Positions 57,026-64,000 of a stretch of DNA of 64,000 nucleotides are shown here, piece after piece. A program made the translations under genes and the position numbers. Below the pieces are notes generated by a model, which worked only from the letters and a program-made list of their open reading frames with translations, was not told the origin of the DNA and ran no database searches. Position 1 is the first letter of the stretch, and every line of letters begins with the position of its first letter. The stretch comes from an uncultured Verrucomicrobia subdivision 3 bacterium (GTDB lineage Bacteria > Verrucomicrobiota > Verrucomicrobiia > Limisphaerales > UBA11358), in NCBI GenBank assembly GCA_903870815.1, contig CAIQEI010000066.1, positions 5,584 to 69,583 of the forward strand. Direction: 5' to 3'.

Positions 57026-58048
57026 ATGAACCGCCTGCTCGCTTTCGCCACCAACCTGTTTCCCCTCTGGGTAATGGCCGGCGGCGCGCTGGCGCTGGCG
57101 CATCCGGCTTGGTTCACGTGGTTCCGCGGCGATTTCATCACCTACGGACTCGCCGTCATCATGCTCGGCATGGGCATCACGCTGACGGTGGACGATTTCA
57201 GGAGTGTGCTCAAAATGCCGCGCGCGGTGGGCCTCGGGTTCGCGGCGCATTACGTCATCATGCCGTTCCTCGGCTGGAGCATCGCGCACCTGCTCAAGTT
57301 GGAGACGCAGTTTGCGGTCGGGCTGATCCTCGTGGCCTGCTGCCCCTGCGGCACGGCGTCGAATGTGGTGAACTATCTCGCGCGCTCCAACGTGGCGCTC
57401 TCGGTGCTGATGACGATGTGCTCCACGCTCGGCGCCATCGTGATGACGCCCCTGCTCACGAAATGGCTCGCGGGCAAATACGTGCCGGTGGACGCGCTGG
57501 GACTGTTTATAAGCACGGTGAAAATAGTGCTCGCGCCGGTCATCGGCGGCGTGTTGCTGAACCGTTACGCGCCGCGGCTGGTGAAATGTGTTTTGCCGTT
57601 TTCGCCGTTGGTGTCGGTGCTGACCATCACCCTGATTTGCGCGAGCATCATCGGCAGCAGCGCCAATGATTTTGCGCGGTCCGGCGCCGAACTGATTCTG
57701 GCGGTTTTCCTGTTGCACACGGGCGGATTTTTCCTCGGGTATATCGCCAGCCGCCTGCTGCGCTGCGATGAACTGACGAGCCGGACGATCTCGGTGGAGG
57801 TGGGGATGCAGAATTCCGGCTTGGGCGCGGCGCTGGCGCGGGACCATTTCGCAGCCCTGCCGCTGGTCGCGCTGCCATGCGCGATTTCGGCGACGTTTCA
57901 TTCAGTCATCGGCAGCATGCTGGCGGGAATCTGGCGGCTGCGACCGGTGAAATCAGGTGTTAGAGCGTTTGAAGAAATAATGTACCCGTTTGGAGCGAGG
58001 ATTTTTGGGTTTTGGCGAGGCTTTGGCGAAGGAGCAGGTTCAAAGTAA
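57026..58048 (+). CDS. Bile acid:sodium symporter (BASS) family transporter
   Basis: LGMGITLTVDDF, ACCPCGTASNV, EVGMQNSGLGAAL. The last roughly 15 codons run into a repeat array. Confidence 0.88.
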   Translation: MNRLLAFATNLFPLWVMAGGALALAHPAWFTWFRGDFITYGLAVIMLGMGITLTVDDFRSVLKMPRAVGLGFAAHYVIMPFLGWSIAHLLKLETQFAVGLILVACCPCGTASNVVNYLARSNVALSVLMTMCSTLGAIVMTPLLTKWLAGKYVPVDALGLFISTVKIVLAPVIGGVLLNRYAPRLVKCVLPFSPLVSVLTITLICASIIGSSANDFARSGAELILAVFLLHTGGFFLGYIASRLLRCDELTSRTISVEVGMQNSGLGAALARDHFAALPLVALPCAISATFHSVIGSMLAGIWRLRPVKSGVRAFEEIMYPFGARIFGFWRGFGEGAGSK

Positions 58049-58170
58049 CCCTTCCCATGAACTACCCTGTTCAAGGGCCGTGAGCAGTTTCAAATTGAAA
58101 CTGGAAGCTGTGACTGAGCCGAAACGAAGCCCAAACCCAAAAAGACCGCCCTCTTCCTTCAGCCAAAGCG
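58003..58170. repeat. TTTGG / CCAAA word arrays in opposite orientation flanking a 19-nt palindrome
   Basis: tttttgggttttggcgaggctttggcgaaggag (58002-58034). gcccaaacccaaaaag (58129-58144) and ctcttccttcagccaaagc (58151-58169). Palindrome cagtttcaa-a-ttgaaactg at 58085-58103. Confidence 0.6.
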
Positions 58171-58379
58171 AACGGCTACAGTATTTTTGAAAATGCTCTA
58201 GTACGGCCAATTCGGCACCGTCTGTCCCATGACGCGGAAGAAGCGGAACCCGTTTGTGGGTGGTGCGGTGAGGTAATTCCACGGGCGCACTTCGGGGGGC
58301 GTGGTTTGCAAGGTGTTCCAGTTGGAGAGGTGGCATGAAAATGCGATCCCCGCACCCCCCCCTACTGATCCGCGAAGTG

Positions 58380-59822
58380 TTAACCCGCCTTCACCTGCGC
58401 GACGAGCGCGTTCAGCGAGGCCTTGGCGTCGCCGAAGAGCATCCGGGTGTTGTCCTTGTAGAACAGGTGGTTTTCGATGCCGGCGAAACCGGCGGCCATC
58501 GAGCGCTTCATCACGATAACGGTCTTGCAGCGGTCGGCCTCGATGATGGGCATGCCGTAAATCGGGCTGGTTTTTTCCTCGCGCGCGGCGGGATTCACCA
58601 CGTCGTTGGCGCCAATGACCAGGCAGACATCCACGCGATCCATGGAGGGGTTGATGGCCTCCATTTCGACGAGTTGGTCGTAGGGGACATTCGCCTCGGC
58701 TAGCAGAACATTCATGTGGCCAGGCATGCGGCCGGCGACCGGATGGATGGCGAACTGCACTTCGACGCCGCGTTTGCCGAGTTCGTCGGAGAGTTCGCGC
58801 ACGGAATGTTGCGCTTGGGCCACGGCCATGCCGTAGCCGGGAACGATCACGACGCGCTGCGCGTAGGTCAGCAGCAGCGCGACTTCGTCGGCCTGAATCG
58901 GTTTGACCGTGCCGGCGACCCCGCCCGCCGCCGCCTGGCTGCCGCCGCTCGAACCGAACGCGCCGAACAGGACGTTCGTGACCGGGCGGTTCATGGCCTT
59001 GCACATGAGGAGCGTGAGCAGCGTGCCGGAGGAGCCGACGAGCGTGCCGGCTACGACCATCGCGAGATTGTTGATGGCAAAACCGTCCGCCGCCACGGCG
59101 AGGCCGGTGAAGGAGTTCAGCAGCGAGATGACAACCGGCATGTCCGCGCCACCGATGGGCATGACCATCGCAACGCCGAAAAACAGCGCCAGCGAGAACA
59201 GCAGGATGAAGGCGGCGGTGGCATGGTCGTTGGTGGCGTTAAACGTCAACCACCCGCACAGACCAAGGATGACCAGGAGGATGAGTCCGTTGAGAATGTT
59301 CTGGCCGGGGAACGTCATCGGTTTTTCAAATTTTCCCTCCAGTTTCAAATAGGCGATGATGCTGCCGGAGAAGGAGAGGGAACCGATGAGCGTGGCGAAG
59401 AGCATGGAGGCGGCGATGAAGGTTGAAATTTCCGGTACCGGCAGGGCGATGCCGGCGATCACCACCCCCTTGGCGCCTTTGATGAATTCCAAACTTGCCA
59501 CGAGCGCCGCCGCGCCGCCGCCGAGACCGTTGAAGAGCGCCACCATTTGCGGCATCGAAGTCATTTTCACCGAATACGCGCCGACCGCGCCGATGATGAG
59601 TCCGACGATCGTGCCGATGACGATGAGCGTGTAGTTAAAGCTCCAGCCCTGCGACCACACATATTCGCCGTGGGTATTGTGAAGGATCAACAAGGCGATG
59701 AGCATGCCCGCCGCCGCAATGAGATTGCCGGTCCGCGCGGTTTTCGGCGAACTCAACAGTTTGATGCCGAGGATGAACAGGACCGCAACGCCAATGATGA
59801 TGAGAGCGATGGTGGAACTCAT
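58380..59822 (-). CDS. pntB: NAD(P) transhydrogenase subunit beta
   Basis: Polytopic N-terminal half plus C-terminal dIII domain (VPGYGMAVAQAQH, HPVAGRMPGHMNVLLAEA, VIGANDVVNPAA). Start at MSSTIALI (59822). Confidence 0.95.
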   Translation of the reverse strand: MSSTIALIIIGVAVLFILGIKLLSSPKTARTGNLIAAAGMLIALLILHNTHGEYVWSQGWSFNYTLIVIGTIVGLIIGAVGAYSVKMTSMPQMVALFNGLGGGAAALVASLEFIKGAKGVVIAGIALPVPEISTFIAASMLFATLIGSLSFSGSIIAYLKLEGKFEKPMTFPGQNILNGLILLVILGLCGWLTFNATNDHATAAFILLFSLALFFGVAMVMPIGGADMPVVISLLNSFTGLAVAADGFAINNLAMVVAGTLVGSSGTLLTLLMCKAMNRPVTNVLFGAFGSSGGSQAAAGGVAGTVKPIQADEVALLLTYAQRVVIVPGYGMAVAQAQHSVRELSDELGKRGVEVQFAIHPVAGRMPGHMNVLLAEANVPYDQLVEMEAINPSMDRVDVCLVIGANDVVNPAAREEKTSPIYGMPIIEADRCKTVIVMKRSMAAGFAGIENHLFYKDNTRMLFGDAKASLNALVAQVKAG

Positions 59823-59823
59823 G

Positions 59824-60099
59824 TTATTTCTTCTTTTTGAACATCTGCAGCATCCGGTCGGTGACCATGAAGCCGCCGAAAACATTGGCCGATCCAAACA
59901 CGACCGCGACAAATCCCAGCGCCTGCGCCAGCGGCGTGGCGGCGTCCGCCAGCACCAGGATGCCGCCGAATAGGATGATGCCGTGAATGGCGTTGGTGCC
60001 GGACATCAGCGGCGTGTGGAGCATCGAGGGGACTTTCGAGATGACCTCGAAGCCGACAAAGACGGCGAGAATAAAAATGAACAGGATGTTGGTATCCAT
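59824..60099 (-). CDS. pntAB: NAD(P) transhydrogenase subunit alpha part 2
   Basis: 91-aa membrane protein. FVGFEVISKVPSMLHTPLMSGTNAIHGI. Confidence 0.93.
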   Translation of the reverse strand: MDTNILFIFILAVFVGFEVISKVPSMLHTPLMSGTNAIHGIILFGGILVLADAATPLAQALGFVAVVFGSANVFGGFMVTDRMLQMFKKKK

Positions 60100-60105
60100 A
60101 AGTTG

Positions 60106-61239
60106 TCAGTTGGTTTTGGGCAGGAGTTTTTCGTTCACGATCTTGCCGCCGTGGGTGACGAGGCAGCCCTTGATGATCTCGTCGTCGAGCTTGAGCACGA
60201 AGGTTTTTTCTTTTTTGTCCCAGAATTCTTCGACGAGCGCGACGAGGTTCGCGGCATAGACCTGGCTGGCGTGCAACGGCACACGGCCGGGCAGATTGGC
60301 CAAGCCGACAATCTTAACGCCGTTGCGGTCGGTGACCTGGTCATAGACGACGCCTTCAACGTTGCCGCCGGTCTCGACGGCGAGATCCACGACCACGCTG
60401 CCGGGTTTCATGGCGTTGAGCATTTCAGCGGTGACGAGGATGGGGGCCTTGCGGCCAAACACTTGCGCGGCGGAAATCACCACGTCGGAATCGCCGCAGG
60501 TTTTCTTCATGGCGTCGCGCTGCTTTTGAATCTGTTCCTCGGTCAGCGCCTTCGCGTAGCCTTCCTTCGTCTGGCCGGTCTCGCCGATGTCGATCTTGAG
60601 AAATTGGGCGCCGAGCGATTTCACCTGCTCTTCGACGACCGGCCGCGTGTCGTAGGCGGTGACCTTGGCGCCGAGCCGTTTCGCCGTCGCAATCGCCTGC
60701 AGTCCGGCGACGCCGACACCGATGATGAACACCTTGGACGGCAGGATCGTGCCCGCCGCCGTGGTCATCATCGGGAAAATCTTTTTGGAATAACGCGCGG
60801 CGAGAATGACGGCCTCGTAGCCGCCGAGGTTGGCCTGCGACGACAGCACGTCCATCTTCTGCGCGCGGGTCGTGCGCGGAATGAATTCCATGCTGATGGC
60901 GCTCACGCCGCGCTCGGCAAATTTATTGACCAGCTCCTTTTCGTTGAACGGGTCGAGCAGACTGGCGTGGATGGCGCCGGGTTTGAGCCAGGCGACCTCT
61001 TCCAGCGGCGGCTTGCGCAGCCGGAGAACGATGTCGCCGGAGGCGACCAGCTCCTTGCGGTCAGCGGTGATGATCGCGCCGGCTTTCAAGTAGGCGTCGT
61101 CGGCAAAGCCGGCGGCGGCGCCGAGGCCGGCTTCGATCTCGACCTGCGCGCCGAGCTTGACGAGTTTGGCGACGCTGTCCGGCGTAAGCGGCGCGCGGGT
61201 TTCGCCCGGATGAGTCTCGCGAGGAACAGAAATTTTCAT
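60106..61239 (-). CDS. pntAA: NAD(P) transhydrogenase subunit alpha part 1 (dI, alanine-dehydrogenase-like)
   Basis: MKISVPRETHPGETRAPLTPDSV, VFIIGVGVAGLQAIATAKRLGA. Confidence 0.95.
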   Translation of the reverse strand: MKISVPRETHPGETRAPLTPDSVAKLVKLGAQVEIEAGLGAAAGFADDAYLKAGAIITADRKELVASGDIVLRLRKPPLEEVAWLKPGAIHASLLDPFNEKELVNKFAERGVSAISMEFIPRTTRAQKMDVLSSQANLGGYEAVILAARYSKKIFPMMTTAAGTILPSKVFIIGVGVAGLQAIATAKRLGAKVTAYDTRPVVEEQVKSLGAQFLKIDIGETGQTKEGYAKALTEEQIQKQRDAMKKTCGDSDVVISAAQVFGRKAPILVTAEMLNAMKPGSVVVDLAVETGGNVEGVVYDQVTDRNGVKIVGLANLPGRVPLHASQVYAANLVALVEEFWDKKEKTFVLKLDDEIIKGCLVTHGGKIVNEKLLPKTN

Positions 61240-61403
61240 GTCGTGTCAGCTGGGATGATACTTGAAATTCATACTGGTATAACCCGATTTTTGACATTTC
61301 CAACACCAAAATTGGCGAAACCGCCGGTTTATGCGGTTCGCACCACGCCAAATTTTTCTGGCCAGAACCGTTGCGGCCGGGAAATAATTTGGATTCATTG
61401 GCG

Positions 61404-61943
61404 ATGAAATCTGAAAAAAATCAGGCCGGGGAGGCGCGCGAACTCTGCGAAGCCGGCCGGTGGCTGGAGGCGTTGGCGTTCGCCCGGAATTGGGGCGTAA
61501 ATAACCCGGCGTCTTCGAAGGCGCGGTTTTATCAAGGCCTCGCCGAAGCGTCGCTGGGAAGATTTGCCGAGGCGGAGGCGAGTTATCGCCGCGCGCTGGA
61601 ACTGGACGCGAGGGATTCCAAGGCCTGGAACAATCTCGCGGCGCTCTTATTCGACGGGCTGAACCGTCCGGCCGAGGGCTTGGAATGCCTGGCGCGGGCG
61701 TTGGCTGTGGATCCGGACAACCAGATCGGCTGGTCCAATCTGGCCAGCATGTACGGTCAGGTCGGGCGGCACGCCCAGGCGCTGGCCTGCGCGGAACGCG
61801 CCCTCGCGCTGAATCCACGGATGGTGGAGGCGCAGCTGCATCGCGCCCGCGCCGCGCAGCTGCTCGGGCGGCCGGAAATTGTCCGCGCCGCCAGCGAGGC
61901 GCTGGCGCAGTTGCCGTCCGAGCAGTTCCGCCGGGCGCGGTGA
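61404..61943 (+). CDS. TPR repeat protein
   Basis: Repeated A..Y.RALELDP..-type units (SYRRALELDARDSKAWNNLA; LARALAVDPDNQIGWSNLA; AERALALNPRMVEA). Confidence 0.75.
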   Translation: MKSEKNQAGEARELCEAGRWLEALAFARNWGVNNPASSKARFYQGLAEASLGRFAEAEASYRRALELDARDSKAWNNLAALLFDGLNRPAEGLECLARALAVDPDNQIGWSNLASMYGQVGRHAQALACAERALALNPRMVEAQLHRARAAQLLGRPEIVRAASEALAQLPSEQFRRAR

Positions 61944-61983
61944 CGCGACTTGTCGGGCGGAAATCTTCTGGTAGATTCTTCGC

Positions 61984-63111
61984 GTGATTTACGACGCGTC
62001 ATTGGACGGGTTGCTCCAAAAAGTCTGGGACGGCGAACGCATCAACGCCGCCGAAGCCCTGCGGCTTTATCATTTGCCGCTGGAGGAGCTCGGCACGCTC
62101 GCCGACCGCCGCCGCCAGCTGGCCAAAGCCGCCGCGTATGCCGGTCGGGGCAACGAAATTGTCACCTACAACGTTGACCGCAACGTCAATTACACGAACG
62201 TCTGCAACGTGTATTGCAAGTTCTGCGCCTTTTACCGGACGGAGAAGGACGACGATTCCTACGTCATCACGTTCGAGGAGATGGACCAGAAAATCGAGGA
62301 GACCATCGCGCTGGGCGGCACGCAGATGTTGATGCAGGGCGGACACCATCCCAAGCTCACCAAGCAGTGGTATCTGGATCTGCTGGCGCACGTAAAATCC
62401 AAATATCCCGGCTTTAACATCCATGGTTTCAGCCCGAGCGAGTTTGTGCATTTTCGCGAGGTGTTCAACGAGCCGCTGGAGAAAATCATCGGCGACTTCA
62501 AGGCGGCCGGCCTCGGCTCGATTCCCGGCGGGGGCGGGGAAATTCTCGTGGACCGCGTGCGCCAGCGCATCGCGCCGCTCAAGGCGATGAGCAACGACTG
62601 GCTGGAAGTGATGGATGTGGCGCACCGGCTCGGGCTTTATTCCAGCGCCACCATGATGTTCGGTCACGTGGAGACCATTGAAGACCGCATCGAACATCTT
62701 GAGCGGCTGCGCGCGCAGCAGGACATTTCATTGAAGCGGAAAGCGGAAAGCGGCAATGGGGAAATGGGCAACTTCACCGCTTTCATCGGCTGGACGTTCC
62801 AGGCCGAACACACCAAGTTGAAAGCGCCCACGGTGGGCGCGCACGAGTATCTGCGGACGCAGGCGCTGGCGCGGATTTACCTCGATAATTTCCCGAACAT
62901 CCAAAGCTCGTGGGTCACGCAGGGGCTGGAGATCGGCCAGGTCGCGTTGAAATATGGCGCGAACGATCTGGGCAGCATCATGATCGAGGAAAATGTCGTG
63001 TCGCAGGCCGGCACGACCTTCCGCATGACGGTTGGCGACATGCACCGGCTCATCGGCGAGCTTGGTTATGAGCCGCATCAGCGCGACAACTGGTATCGGC
63101 TGGTGAATTAA
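61984..63111 (+). CDS. Futalosine-pathway radical SAM enzyme (MqnC/MqnE family)
   Basis: NVNYTNVCNVYCKFCAFYR (CxxxCxxC), QGGHHP, GSIPGGGGEIL, MMFGHVET, SWVTQG. I cannot separate MqnC from MqnE by eye. Confidence 0.85.
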   Translation: MIYDASLDGLLQKVWDGERINAAEALRLYHLPLEELGTLADRRRQLAKAAAYAGRGNEIVTYNVDRNVNYTNVCNVYCKFCAFYRTEKDDDSYVITFEEMDQKIEETIALGGTQMLMQGGHHPKLTKQWYLDLLAHVKSKYPGFNIHGFSPSEFVHFREVFNEPLEKIIGDFKAAGLGSIPGGGGEILVDRVRQRIAPLKAMSNDWLEVMDVAHRLGLYSSATMMFGHVETIEDRIEHLERLRAQQDISLKRKAESGNGEMGNFTAFIGWTFQAEHTKLKAPTVGAHEYLRTQALARIYLDNFPNIQSSWVTQGLEIGQVALKYGANDLGSIMIEENVVSQAGTTFRMTVGDMHRLIGELGYEPHQRDNWYRLVN

Positions 63112-63123
63112 AGACCGGCAGCT

Positions 63124-63333
63124 TTAAATCTTCGTTTTAATACCGCAGGCGCGGGCGACGCACCAGCCGCTCAAGGCTTCGTAAATGGCGAAAAGACCGG
63201 CGCCCACGAAAATCAAACCCAGCCACAAGACAAAGTCCACCAGGATGATGCCGGCGATCAGGCACACCGTGCCAATCACACCCCGCGCGATGCGGCCCTG
63301 GCGCTTGAGGTTGGGGCGGAAGAAATTGCTCAC
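63124..63333 (-). CDS. DUF2892 (YgaP-like) small membrane protein
   Basis: 69 aa. GRIARGVIGTVCLIAGI...GAGLFAIYEALSGWCVARACG. Confidence 0.7.
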   Translation of the reverse strand: MSNFFRPNLKRQGRIARGVIGTVCLIAGIILVDFVLWLGLIFVGAGLFAIYEALSGWCVARACGIKTKI

Positions 63334-63389
63334 CGAACGAATGTACCACAGAGAATTTCCGTGGCAAGCGGCACGGAGTTGCGGCAGAT

Positions 63390-63617
63390 TTGGGGATGGA
63401 TCTGATGCAAATGGACTCGAACCAGCTTTGGGCTTCGGTGCTGTGGGGCGGGATTGGCGGCGGCTATTTGATTTATGGCTGGCGGCAGAAATCGTCCATC
63501 CCTTTCGTCGGCGGCGTGGTCATGTCGATGGCGTGTTTCCTGCCGGCGCTGTGGATGTCGCTCTTAAGCGTGGCGACGATGTTCGCGGTCTGGTGGCTGC
63601 TGAAGCAGGGTTATTAA
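63390..63617 (+). CDS. Small hypothetical two-TM membrane protein
   Basis: 75 aa. LWASVLWGGIGGGYLIYGW...FVGGVVMSMACFLPALWMSLLSVATMF. Start is uncertain. Confidence 0.5.
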   Translation: MGMDLMQMDSNQLWASVLWGGIGGGYLIYGWRQKSSIPFVGGVVMSMACFLPALWMSLLSVATMFAVWWLLKQGY

Positions 63618-63619
63618 AA

Positions 63620-63654
63620 CCAAAAAACCGGAAGCCGCGAACGGCCTCCGGTTT
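63620..63654 (-). terminator. Rho-independent terminator for the minus-strand gene at the window end
   Basis: Stem aaaccggaagccg (63625-63637) / cggcctccggttt (63642-63654) with one mismatch. On the minus strand it is followed by ttttttggtttt. Confidence 0.65.
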
Positions 63655-63672
63655 AGAAAACGGACGCGATTT

Positions 63673-64000
63673 TCAGAACGACCAGTTCACAATCGGGAAG
63701 CCGGTGGCAAGCTTGTCCGGAAACTCATGGAACCAGGGATTGTTCAGCGCAATGTTGACCAGTCCGACCTGCACGCCATGGAGTTTTACCGTGTAGTTCA
63801 CCAGCCCAAGCTGGAAGCCGTTGAATTCCTCCGCGCTGTTGACGATCGCCTCCTGAAAGCCGGTGAACGTGCCCTCCGAAACATTGACGATACAGGGCAG
63901 GAAGAATATGCCGCCCTGCCAGCCGACAAAGTCGGTCTTGCTGTAGTTGACCAGCCCCCACGCGACGCCGGTATAGGAATCAGCATAATTAAACAAACTC
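63673..64000 (-). CDS. Repeat protein with G-x-Q-x-G-L-V-N units, N-terminus beyond the window
   Basis: GFQLGLVNY, GVQVGLVNI, GVAWGLVNY repeats. The frame is still open at position 64000. Confidence 0.6.
   Translation of the reverse strand, partial: SLFNYADSYTGVAWGLVNYSKTDFVGWQGGIFFLPCIVNVSEGTFTGFQEAIVNSAEEFNGFQLGLVNYTVKLHGVQVGLVNIALNNPWFHEFPDKLATGFPIVNWSF

Noticed and set aside
58040-58336. 98-aa minus-strand ORF (and 57990..58190 +) in the large gap
   Set aside because: There is no plausible start context, it overlaps the repeat-word blocks, and the composition is odd (Leu/Arg/Pro/His-rich). It is treated as non-coding.

Overview
High-GC (about 60% by eye) bacterial chromosomal segment, densely packed with about 60 protein-coding genes, almost all core housekeeping. 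Inference only: the gene content and Shine-Dalgarno-less AT-rich start contexts fit a Verrucomicrobiota-like genome.

Recognisable genes and blocks:
- Minus-strand run nrdR-ORF-HIT-ybjQ-MMPL exporter
- efp and ptsI
- rplU-rpmA-obg
- uvrC, purC and xerC/D
- fabD-fabG-acpP-fabF
- pyrF, hisD and engB
- thiH and recA
- A DEAD-box helicase and dnaN
- trpF-trpB2-OMP-trpB
- ndh
- pntAA-pntAB-pntB
- A futalosine-pathway radical SAM enzyme

I found no rRNA, tRNA, CRISPR array, transposase, integrase-bounded island, prophage or recognisable defence system, and I cannot point to a clear novel multi-gene system.

The most unusual signal is non-coding. Many leader and intergenic regions carry short tandem 'word' arrays of 8-10 bp period and 2-4 copies, often as inverted pairs able to form hairpins. 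One such inverted pair sits in-frame inside uvrC, and a shared CCTTTGCG(T)G(R)GAAWTT leader precedes rplU, uvrC and trpB.

Other items worth a second look:
- Two apparently frameshifted genes: a polytopic membrane protein and a low-GC orphan
- A signal-peptide-bearing LIM-like double zinc finger fused to an HExxH (DA1-like) peptidase
- An Arg/Gly-rich protein translationally coupled to the DEAD-box helicase
- An nrdR-coupled unknown ORF with a candidate NrdR box
- A trpB2-porin-trpB arrangement without trpA
- Large insertions in Obg and in a FucP-like MFS transporter

All family calls come from reading the translated ORFs. No database search was run.
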